Below are positions 42,636 to 50,249 of a stretch of 64,000 nucleotides of DNA, piece after piece. The stretch comes from Candidatus Poriferisocius sp. (GTDB lineage: Bacteria > Actinomycetota > Acidimicrobiia > Acidimicrobiales > Bin134). Position 1 is the stretch's first letter. The number at the start of each line of letters is the position of its first letter. The stretch spans positions 2,399,380-2,463,379 of the forward strand of contig OZ242341.1 of assembly GCA_965208545.1 (NCBI GenBank). The letters are read 5' to 3'. The notes beneath the pieces were generated by a model, which was not told the DNA's origin, made no database searches, and worked only from the letters and a program-made list of their open reading frames with translations. Both the position numbers and the translations under genes were made by a program.

Positions 42636-44986
42636 CCGACACGGGGAACGGTGATGATGTAGCGAGGGCTTTTGGCCCGGTCGCCGAGCTTGTGTCTCAG
42701 ATTCTTGACCATTGTTCGCATGGGGCGGAAGTCACCGGTGCTATTCGGACCCCAAATCTTCTTCTGCAATTGATCGTGGGTCAGTGCCACCCCGGGATTG
42801 GCTGACAGCTCCACGAGAAGTCGATATTCGGTAGGGGTCAGGTCGACGATGCGACCGGCTACCGACACCGAGCGTTCGGCGAAATCAATAGCCAGCTCGT
42901 CGAAGATGTAGGACGCCTGCGTGCTCGACCGCTTGCGCAGGGCGGCCTTGACCCGTGCGGTCAACTCAGTGGTAGAGAACGGCTTGACCATGTAGTCGAC
43001 GGCCCCCATCTCAAAGGCCTTGGAAATGAGGTCCTCCTGATCGAATGACGACAGCAGGATTACCGGCGTGCCGCGGGTCAAGTGGATGTCCCGCATCAAC
43101 TCCATTCCGTCTGCGCCCGGAATCATCATGTCCAACAGCACCAGATGGGGATCCGTCTCCTCTATCAGAGCGACCACTTGCTGGGGATCCCCGGTGACGA
43201 CCGGGTCGCATCCCGCGCCCTGAAGCGCGTCCCGAATGTGCTTGAGAGTCCTGGGCTCGTCGTCGACGGCGAGAACACGCGGCTGGTCGCTGTCGATCGA
43301 CTGCGGGAAGCTAACCCCGGTAGGCATCACCCTGCCAGGGCCCTCTTCGGCGGTCGGAATGGTGAATGTGAATCGGCTGCCCAAGCCCGGCCCGTCGCTC
43401 TCGGCCCAAATCCTGCCCCCGTGGGCTTCCACGATGCCCTTGCAGATAGCCAGACCCAAATCGAGGTCTCGACCGTGGCCGTTTCCTGGCGGCCGGGAGT
43501 ATTTGCTGAACAGGTGCGGAATCCACTCGGCGGCAACGCCCCGCCCATCGTCGGTGACGGAGAAGGCGACGTGGACATCTTCGGCAACGGCGTCAATTCG
43601 TATGGGCGACGTATCGTGGGAGCTGCGAGATGCGTTGGACAGGAGATCGCCGAATACCTGGACGAGGCGACGTCGGTCGGCGTACACCAGGGGCAGCCCT
43701 GGGGCAAGGTTGATGCGAACGTTGTCCCGGCCGCCGGCGCTGATGAAAGTGTTGCGAGCCTCATCGACCACTCGAGACACCTCCAATGGCTCCGGATTCA
43801 CCGACAGCGTGCCCGTGTCGATCCGCACGACATCGATCAGGTTGCCGACCAGATCCCGCATGTAGTCGGCTTGCTCGCTGATTATCCGGTGATATTGGGA
43901 AACCTCGGCGGGGTCTAACGACGATTCCGCCTCCAATAGCGTGGCCACTGAGCCCTTGATGCTGGCCAGCGGCATTCGAAGCTCATGGCCGACGACTCCC
44001 AGAAATTCGGCGCGCAGCCGCTCCAGCTCTGATTCCTGGGTCATGTCCTGAAATGTGGCCATGACCGACTTCAACTGCCCGTCGGAGGATCGGACGGGCG
44101 TGGCGTTAACCAAGATGATCACGGTTTGCCCACCGGGACTCTCGATGACGATCTCCTCATCTCGCACCGTCTCCCCAAAGCTCAGGGCCTCAACGATCGA
44201 GGTGCCCTCCTGAGAGATCTTCCGACCATCTGCCCGGCTGAATACCAGGGCGCTGAGGAGGTCCTCCACGGAACCGTCGGGAAGGCGCCTCTCACGGATG
44301 ATCCTGCGAGCCTCACGGCTGACCGACCGAGTTGCCCCGGTCTCGGCGTCAAACACCACCAACCCCAGCGGGGCGGTGTTCACCAAGGTTTCCAGGTCTA
44401 CCCTGGCCTGAAGCTCCTGTTGGTATCGACGGGCGTTAGAGATGACTAGGGCGGCCTGCGAAGCGAACATGACCAACGTCTCCTCGTCATCGGCCGTAAA
44501 TCCCCCATCTCCCTCTGAGGCCGGGAATTCTCTTTGTTTCTCGGCCAAGAAGATGCCGCCAACCCGCTCACCTTGGAAGCGGATCGGTGCCCCCAAGAAG
44601 GAGACCCCCGAACTCGCCGGCACCGGTAGACGCACCTCGGGAATACCCAATTCCTTGATGTGGCTGAGCAGATCCCGCACTCGAAGCGGATTCTCCTTCC
44701 CAAACACTGCCTCTAGGACCTCCCACTTCTCCGGAAGTCCCCACAGATCCTCGTTCTGCTCGGGCGTGAAGCCAGAAGAAAGAGAATCCACAACCTCTGC
44801 GTGGTCATCGACCAGAACGATCACCCCGTAGCGGGCACCCATCAATAGCCGGGCGCTGTCCAACACCCCCTGCAAAACCTCACCGAACTCCAAACTCTCA
44901 TTGATTCGCAAGCTGGCTTGACTCAGCTTGGACAAGCGCTCCCGCAGTCGCCCGACCTCCAATGCCAGCTCATCAACCCGATTCAC
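42602..44986 (-). CDS. Cytoplasmic GAF-PAS sensor histidine kinase fused to a complete OmpR-type response regulator (REC plus winged helix)
   Basis: It is a single 794-aa ORF with these parts in order. GAF-like N-terminus: LRINESLEFGEVLQGVLDSA. H-box: GHELRMPLASIKG. ATPase boxes: LLSNASRSS, TDDGRGV, GLGLAICKGIV. REC: VDDEP, LLDMMIPGADG, VKPF. Winged helix: LTPTEYRLLVEL...VPRVGYRM. Confidence 0.85.
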   Translation of the reverse strand: MNRVDELALEVGRLRERLSKLSQASLRINESLEFGEVLQGVLDSARLLMGARYGVIVLVDDHAEVVDSLSSGFTPEQNEDLWGLPEKWEVLEAVFGKENPLRVRDLLSHIKELGIPEVRLPVPASSGVSFLGAPIRFQGERVGGIFLAEKQREFPASEGDGGFTADDEETLVMFASQAALVISNARRYQQELQARVDLETLVNTAPLGLVVFDAETGATRSVSREARRIIRERRLPDGSVEDLLSALVFSRADGRKISQEGTSIVEALSFGETVRDEEIVIESPGGQTVIILVNATPVRSSDGQLKSVMATFQDMTQESELERLRAEFLGVVGHELRMPLASIKGSVATLLEAESSLDPAEVSQYHRIISEQADYMRDLVGNLIDVVRIDTGTLSVNPEPLEVSRVVDEARNTFISAGGRDNVRINLAPGLPLVYADRRRLVQVFGDLLSNASRSSHDTSPIRIDAVAEDVHVAFSVTDDGRGVAAEWIPHLFSKYSRPPGNGHGRDLDLGLAICKGIVEAHGGRIWAESDGPGLGSRFTFTIPTAEEGPGRVMPTGVSFPQSIDSDQPRVLAVDDEPRTLKHIRDALQGAGCDPVVTGDPQQVVALIEETDPHLVLLDMMIPGADGMELMRDIHLTRGTPVILLSSFDQEDLISKAFEMGAVDYMVKPFSTTELTARVKAALRKRSSTQASYIFDELAIDFAERSVSVAGRIVDLTPTEYRLLVELSANPGVALTHDQLQKKIWGPNSTGDFRPMRTMVKNLRHKLGDRAKSPRYIITVPRVGYRMPKPDTWD

Positions 44987-45122
44987 CGGCCCACCCCTCG
45001 CCCCATGCGATCCGGTTGCTCACACCCTAAAACCCATTCCAATCGCCGAAGCTCATAACTGCCTCACAATGTAGTGGCTTGAGCATCGGCCCACATTTGG
45101 GCCTCCGAGAATCCGGAAACTT

Positions 45123-45605
45123 CTACCGACCGGAGGATTCTTCGAGCTTTTGGAGGTTCTTGTTGATCTTGTCGGTGGTCGTGTGAAAGCCAGCCAGCTC
45201 TCTAGCCCCCACTCCCCGCAAGAGCATCGCCTCGTGAGCCTTCATCTGCTCGGCGATCTCCTCGGACAACTGGGCCCCCCGGTCGGTGAGCGTCAAATAG
45301 ACAACGCGGCGGTCTGTGCGACCCCGCCGTCGACGCAGAATGCGATTGTCAACCATCTTGGCCACGAGCCGGCTCATGCGCGATGGGTCGATATCGAGGT
45401 GGTCCAGAAGCTGGGTTGCGCTCCACTCATCTCGCTTGGCAAAAAGTTGCAATACGGCAAACTCATTCACATGAAGGCCGTGGCGCTTGACTTCGCTTCT
45501 CACACCCAATGCGATCGCGCTATCCAGGCACGCCACGCTTTCTTGCAACGTCATGGGCTGGTCGTCCTGTCCAGATTGAGAGGATTGTTCAGACACTTGA
45601 TGCAC
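45123..45605 (-). CDS. MarR-family transcriptional regulator (paralog 3)
   Basis: It has WSATQLLDHLDIDPSRMSRLVAKMVDNRILRRRRGRTDRRVVYLTLTDRG. The start is GTG 45605; an internal ATG alternative opens MTLQES. Confidence 0.85.
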   Translation of the reverse strand: MHQVSEQSSQSGQDDQPMTLQESVACLDSAIALGVRSEVKRHGLHVNEFAVLQLFAKRDEWSATQLLDHLDIDPSRMSRLVAKMVDNRILRRRRGRTDRRVVYLTLTDRGAQLSEEIAEQMKAHEAMLLRGVGARELAGFHTTTDKINKNLQKLEESSGR

Positions 45606-46069
45606 CTTGCTTGTTGTATTGGGCCTATGACTATGAAATGCGCCACTCAGTAGCTCATCTCATCTGAGCAGAATACAGGATCAAATGCGCTACTTTCGTG
45701 TCTTGTAGACAACTCCGGCCTCAATATTGCCTGATCACCCTCTTCAAATATCTCGACCATTGGCAGAATCAACCGTAATAGTCATGACTAAATCACATAA
45801 AGATCACAATTGGTTTTGGGTGATATTGCGGTTGACATCACCCACGTTCAATCCTTGAATACAACCCTGACAAAATACACACGGCAACTGTAGCAATGAT
45901 TTATTTTTACTACTATTTTTTTATGTCTCGTTATATTTCTGCCACGTTTAGCGAATGTCAACCGGATAACCAGGTCAAACCACCGTTGGAAACCAAGACA
46001 GCACCCGTGGTGATGCTAAGAGCATTGAGAACCAAGGATCGACAGCTCTCAACAGGCCAAGCAGGGATA

Positions 46070-46681
46070 TCAGACCTCGGTGGCTCGCCAGCAATACCAA
46101 GCGGCGACACTTCGGTAGGGACGGAATTGGTCGCCCAGCGGTCCCAACTCATCGGCAGAGGGGGCTTCAGTCCAGCCGTGGGCCAGGCCGTAGCCCTTGC
46201 GGACCCCGAAGTCGCCCACCGGCCAGACGTCGAGGCGGCGCAGCGAGAAGATCAAGAACATCTGGGCGGTCCAGGTGCCGATGCCCCAGACCTGACTGAG
46301 CTGTTCGATCACCTCCTGGTCAGACAGCCGGCCCAAGCAGGCCAAATCGAGCGAGCCCTGCTCGCAATGAGCGGCCAAGTCGAGCATCGCCCGGGTCTTG
46401 GCCCCCGATAGCCCGGCACCTCGCAGCGGCTCTTCCCCTAGCGCCAGCACCGCACCGGGAACCCACTCCGGTGCCTGTTCCCGCACCCGTCCCCAGATGG
46501 CGCTGGCCGCCTTGCCAGCCAACTGCTGGTAGGCGATTTCGCGGCTCAGCACTTCGAATCGCTCCCCCACCGGGGGCTTGGGGCCGAACCGGGCCGGCCC
46601 GAATCGATCCACAAGATCGGCCATCACCGCTGATGTCTGGGCCAAGGCACGGCTGGCCTCGGTCAAGCCAGTTCTGCTCAC
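46070..46681 (-). CDS. DNA-3-methyladenine glycosylase II family (HhH-GPD, AlkA-like)
   Basis: It has QQLAGKAASAIWGRV, GLSGAKTRAMLDLA, and VWGIGTWTAQMFLIF...D.WPVGDFGVRKG (the HhH-GPD motif with catalytic Asp). Confidence 0.8.
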   Translation of the reverse strand: MSRTGLTEASRALAQTSAVMADLVDRFGPARFGPKPPVGERFEVLSREIAYQQLAGKAASAIWGRVREQAPEWVPGAVLALGEEPLRGAGLSGAKTRAMLDLAAHCEQGSLDLACLGRLSDQEVIEQLSQVWGIGTWTAQMFLIFSLRRLDVWPVGDFGVRKGYGLAHGWTEAPSADELGPLGDQFRPYRSVAAWYCWRATEV

Positions 46682-46718
46682 GCCTACGCCTCAGTTTCGA
46701 TCAGGTCAGGGATCTGCG

Positions 46719-47564
46719 CTACCCGTCGGGGGCCTGCTGTGTCGCCGGCTTGACGATCACCCTAGCGATGCGCCGCCCGGTGACCCGCTCTACCAGTAAC
46801 TCCCAGCCATCCATGACCAGCGTCTCCCCCTCTTCGGGCACATGGCCCAGAGTGTTGAAGATCAGACCCCCCACCGTGTCCCAGTCGCCGTTGGGCAGTG
46901 GCGCCGCTAGCACCTCGCTGAGCTCGTCGATGGGAACCCGGCCGTTCACTCTCACCGTGCCGGGGGCCAACCGCTCGATCATGGGCTCCTCGACGTCGAA
47001 CTCGTCGACGATCTCGCCCACCAGTTCCTCGATGAGGTCTTCCAACGTGACAACGCCAGCGGTGCCCCCGTACTCGTCAACCACGATGGCGATGTGAAAC
47101 TTTTCAGCCTGCATCTCCCGCAGCAAGAGAGCGATGCGCTTGGTCTCGGGCACGAAACGAGGCGTGCGGGCCACCGCCACCGCCGGAGAGTGCTCCCCTT
47201 GGTCCCGCTCGGCCCGCATCAGGTCTTTGGCGTGCACTACGCCCACCACGTCGTCGATGCCCTCGGCGTACACCGGCACCCGGCTATAGCCGTGCTCGAT
47301 GACGATGCCGATGGCCTCGCTTACCGTGTGCTGGTCGCTCATCGCCACTGTGTCGGTGCGGGGCACCATCACTTCCCGCACCACCGTGTCGCCGAACTCA
47401 ATTATCTGGCCGATCAGCTCCCGCTCCTCGGGCTCGATAGCGTCCGAGGCTTCAGCCGCCTCCGCCATGGCCAGCAGCTCTTCCTCCGACACCTGGGGTG
47501 CCTCGCGGCGCCAGCTGGCCTGCACCAGCCGGCGAAGCAGCCCGAAACGGCCCAACACGCTCAC
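46719..47564 (-). CDS. corC: CBS-pair plus CorC/HlyC C-terminal domain protein (CorC/YbeX type, no membrane DUF21 domain)
   Basis: It has VREVMVPRTD, VVDEYGGTAGVVTLEDLIEELVGEI and GGLIFNTLGHVPEEGE. Its position after phoH-ybeY matches E. coli ybeZYX. Confidence 0.75.
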   Translation of the reverse strand: MSVLGRFGLLRRLVQASWRREAPQVSEEELLAMAEAAEASDAIEPEERELIGQIIEFGDTVVREVMVPRTDTVAMSDQHTVSEAIGIVIEHGYSRVPVYAEGIDDVVGVVHAKDLMRAERDQGEHSPAVAVARTPRFVPETKRIALLLREMQAEKFHIAIVVDEYGGTAGVVTLEDLIEELVGEIVDEFDVEEPMIERLAPGTVRVNGRVPIDELSEVLAAPLPNGDWDTVGGLIFNTLGHVPEEGETLVMDGWELLVERVTGRRIARVIVKPATQQAPDG

Positions 47565-48094
47565 GATGATCCCAATTTCGCAGAAGCAACAGCATCCGTG
47601 GGCGCATCCAGGGCGAGCATCTCCTGCTCCCGGCCTTCCATCTTCTCGGCGTCAAGGTCTTCTGCATGGTCATAGCCCAGCAAGTGCAGTGCACCGTGCA
47701 CCACAAGCAGGGCCAACTCATCTTGGACAGACCTCCCGCTGGCCTCAGCGTTGGCCGCGGCTACCGAAGGGCAGATCACCACGTCGCCCACCAGTCGGGG
47801 CTCATCGGCCCCCCGGGGGGCGCTGCCGTCGTCCGCGCCGAAGGCGAGCACGTCGGTGGGCCGGTTGACTTTTCGATGGGCGGCGTTGAGGGCGGCCATC
47901 TCGTCGGCGCCCACGAATGAGAGCCCTGCCTCCCAGGGAACCGACACCTGCTCTTCAGCGAGGACTCGGCGCATCAGCCTGGCCCAACGGCCCTCGTCAA
48001 CTGTCAGGTCCTGCTGGAGGTCGAAAACCACGACCACCGCGCCATCAATGTCGGAATCGCCGGGTTTAGGAACCCCGTCGCCTTCGGCCATCAC
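47561..48094 (-). CDS. ybeY: rRNA maturation endoribonuclease YbeY
   Basis: It has the zinc motif HGALHLLGYDH and PTDVLAF. Confidence 0.9.
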   Translation of the reverse strand: MMAEGDGVPKPGDSDIDGAVVVVFDLQQDLTVDEGRWARLMRRVLAEEQVSVPWEAGLSFVGADEMAALNAAHRKVNRPTDVLAFGADDGSAPRGADEPRLVGDVVICPSVAAANAEASGRSVQDELALLVVHGALHLLGYDHAEDLDAEKMEGREQEMLALDAPTDAVASAKLGSS

Positions 48095-49038
48095 TGCTGG
48101 GCCCGCTCGTAGGCGTTGACGATGTCAGCCACGATGGGGTGGCGGACCACGTCGCGAGAGCTCAGGTGGACGAACGACAGGCCGTCGATGCCTGCCAGGA
48201 TCTTCTCCAAGGACACCAGTCCGCTGCGGCCGCCTTCGACGTCCACCTGGGTAACGTCGCCGGTCACCACCGCTCTTGAGCCGAACCCGATACGGGTCAA
48301 GAACATTTTCATCTGCTCTGGGGTGGTGTTCTGGGCCTCGTCAAGAATGATGAAGCTGTCGTTCAGAGTGCGGCCCCTCATATAGGCCAGCGGAGCGATC
48401 TCTATGACCCCCCGGTCGATCAGGGACTGGACTTCCTCGGTGTCGAGCATGTCGTAGAGGGCGTCGTAGAGCGGGCGCAAATATGGGTCCACCTTGGCGA
48501 TCATGTCGCCGGGCAGAAACCCCAGGCGCTCCCCCGCCTCCACCGCGGGCCGGGTCAAGATGATCCGCTCCACGGTATGGGCCTTCAATTCCCGCACTGC
48601 GGTGGCCACCGCAAGCCAGCTCTTGCCCGTACCGGCCGGGCCGATGCTGAAGGTGATGATGTTGCTCCGCATGGCGTCGACATAGCTGCGCTGGCCAGCT
48701 GATTGCGGCCGGATTACCCGGCCTCGTGCCGACCGCAACACATCGGTGTCCATCACTCCCGAGGGGCTCTCATCTGCCTCTACCATTTTGATCGCCCGAC
48801 CCAGCGTACGGGAATCGAGCTGGTGGCCGCCCTGAACAAGCAGAATCATCTCGTCGAATAGGCCCGCGACCCGGTCGGCGCTTTGGCCCGACACCGTGAT
48901 CCGGTTGCCCCGCACAAAGATGTCGGCATCGGGGAACGACTGCTCGATCTGGCGGAGGTGTTGATCGCGCTCTCCCAACAGGGCTGCCATGAGCCCGTTG
49001 CGCGCAATGTCTATAGTGACCGGCGCTGCGGTGGTCAT
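48091..49038 (-). CDS. phoH: PhoH-like ATPase (YbeZ)
   Basis: It has GPAGTGKSWLAV (Walker A), ILDEAQN, and RPAVEAGE.LGFLPGD. Confidence 0.9.
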   Translation of the reverse strand: MTTAAPVTIDIARNGLMAALLGERDQHLRQIEQSFPDADIFVRGNRITVSGQSADRVAGLFDEMILLVQGGHQLDSRTLGRAIKMVEADESPSGVMDTDVLRSARGRVIRPQSAGQRSYVDAMRSNIITFSIGPAGTGKSWLAVATAVRELKAHTVERIILTRPAVEAGERLGFLPGDMIAKVDPYLRPLYDALYDMLDTEEVQSLIDRGVIEIAPLAYMRGRTLNDSFIILDEAQNTTPEQMKMFLTRIGFGSRAVVTGDVTQVDVEGGRSGLVSLEKILAGIDGLSFVHLSSRDVVRHPIVADIVNAYERAQQ

Positions 49039-49311
49039 TCAGGAGTCGGAGTCTGCGTCGCTGTCATCGCCCTCCGCATCGGCGCTGCCGACGGGGACAG
49101 GGTCGGGATACAGATGACCGAGTGTCCCAGGCTCGATGCGGCTGCGCTCGATGAACGCATCCACGTCAGCCTGTTTGACCCGGATAACTCGACCCATTCG
49201 ATAGGCGGGCAGACCCCCCTCATTGATGAACCGGTACAGCGTACGCGTGGTGATTCCTAGCCGCTTTGCGGCAGTCTCGGTGTTCAGCCACACAATCTGG
49301 GTGTCGCTCAT
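49039..49311 (-). CDS. Excisionase-family (HTH_17 / MerR-like) small DNA-binding protein with an acidic tail
   Basis: It has LNTETAAKRLGITTRTLYRFINEGGLPAYRMGRVIRVKQADVDAFIE. Its stop abuts the phoH start with zero gap. Confidence 0.75.
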   Translation of the reverse strand: MSDTQIVWLNTETAAKRLGITTRTLYRFINEGGLPAYRMGRVIRVKQADVDAFIERSRIEPGTLGHLYPDPVPVGSADAEGDDSDADSDS

Positions 49312-49411
49312 CTACCCACACTCTATCCCGTTCACACGCCTCCGCACCCCAAAATCTCGGCAATCTAGATGCCGGCCTGCTATCCCGATCAATACTGACT
49401 TTCATGAACTG

Positions 49412-50209
49412 TCATACCGCTTCGCTGGGCGGAGGAGGATCGTTGGCGTGGCGCAGCATCTGTACCGCACTGACGATGAGCAAGATTGCGAAAAGGGCGC
49501 CCGACAATCGGGGGCTGAGCGCACTGGCGCCCAGCGCGCCAACGAACGCCGTAGCAACCCCTGATGCCCCCACGACCAGCGCCGACTTGGGGTCGATGTT
49601 GCCAGAGTGGCGATTCCTGAGGGTGCCGACGACCGCCGTGGGAAGGATAACCAGCAACGAGGTTCCCTTGGCAGTGGGGTCAACGAAACCGAACAGCAGG
49701 ATCAGCGCCGGAATCATGATCACGCCCCCGCCCACCCCCATGGTCCCCGACAGCAAACCAGTGGCCAGGCCGCAGGCCACATAGGCAAAAGCCAAGGCGA
49801 CGGTAATGTCACCGTGGCCGTCGGTGTCAGGAGCGAAAGCCAAGAAACGGGCCGCAGTGGCCAGAAGAAGTAGGGCGAATCCAATCCGGAGCGATCGGAT
49901 GGGGACTTCGTTGAGCAATGACGTGCCCGCGGTAACCCCCACCGATGAGCCGGCAAAGATCAGCAGGCCGGGCAGCCAGGCCACCGACCCTTCCAGTAGG
50001 AAACCTCCCAGCGCCGACGCGGAGATGAGCACCATGGCCCCCAGGGAGGTGCCGTGGGCTCGACGCTGCTCCATGCCCAGCAGCAGCACCAGGCAGGGCA
50101 CCATGAGGATCCCACCGCCAACACCGAACAGGCCGGACAAGAAGCCAGTTGCCACCCCGACTCCGACCGGCCCCCACTTCGAGTTGATTCCCCATTTCGA
50201 CTTGTTCAT
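49412..50209 (-). CDS. TauE/SafE (TSUP) family sulfite/organosulfonate exporter-like permease
   Basis: The GFLSGLFGVGGGILMVP motif is repeated in the second half (GLLSGTMGVGGGVIMIP). The protein has about 8 TM segments. Confidence 0.8.
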   Translation of the reverse strand: MNKSKWGINSKWGPVGVGVATGFLSGLFGVGGGILMVPCLVLLLGMEQRRAHGTSLGAMVLISASALGGFLLEGSVAWLPGLLIFAGSSVGVTAGTSLLNEVPIRSLRIGFALLLLATAARFLAFAPDTDGHGDITVALAFAYVACGLATGLLSGTMGVGGGVIMIPALILLFGFVDPTAKGTSLLVILPTAVVGTLRNRHSGNIDPKSALVVGASGVATAFVGALGASALSPRLSGALFAILLIVSAVQMLRHANDPPPPSEAV

Positions 50210-50249
50210 GACATGGCGATGATTGCAGTGTCAGGGGCTATAACAGCAG

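Larger units (their letters stand above)
41093..46069. other. Lower-GC accessory block (putative genomic island remnant) abutting the tmRNA 3' end; it encodes only regulators
   Basis: By eye the composition shifts immediately after the tmRNA CCA end. AT-rich spacers lie at 41.25-41.47, 41.97-42.12 and 45.61-46.07 kb. No integrase or att repeat was found. Confidence 0.55.

Noticed and set aside
43082-43918. 278-aa plus-strand ORF inside the island
   Set aside because: It is antisense to the kinase catalytic core, whose H, N and G boxes are all intact on the minus strand. Its product has no recognisable features.
45606-46069. attR-type copy of the tmRNA 3' end, and an integrase gene for the putative island
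   Set aside because: I scanned this spacer and the island interior by eye for ggttcgattcc / ccagctccacca-like strings and for tyrosine or serine recombinase motifs, and found none. I therefore do not call a mobile element, only a compositionally atypical block.
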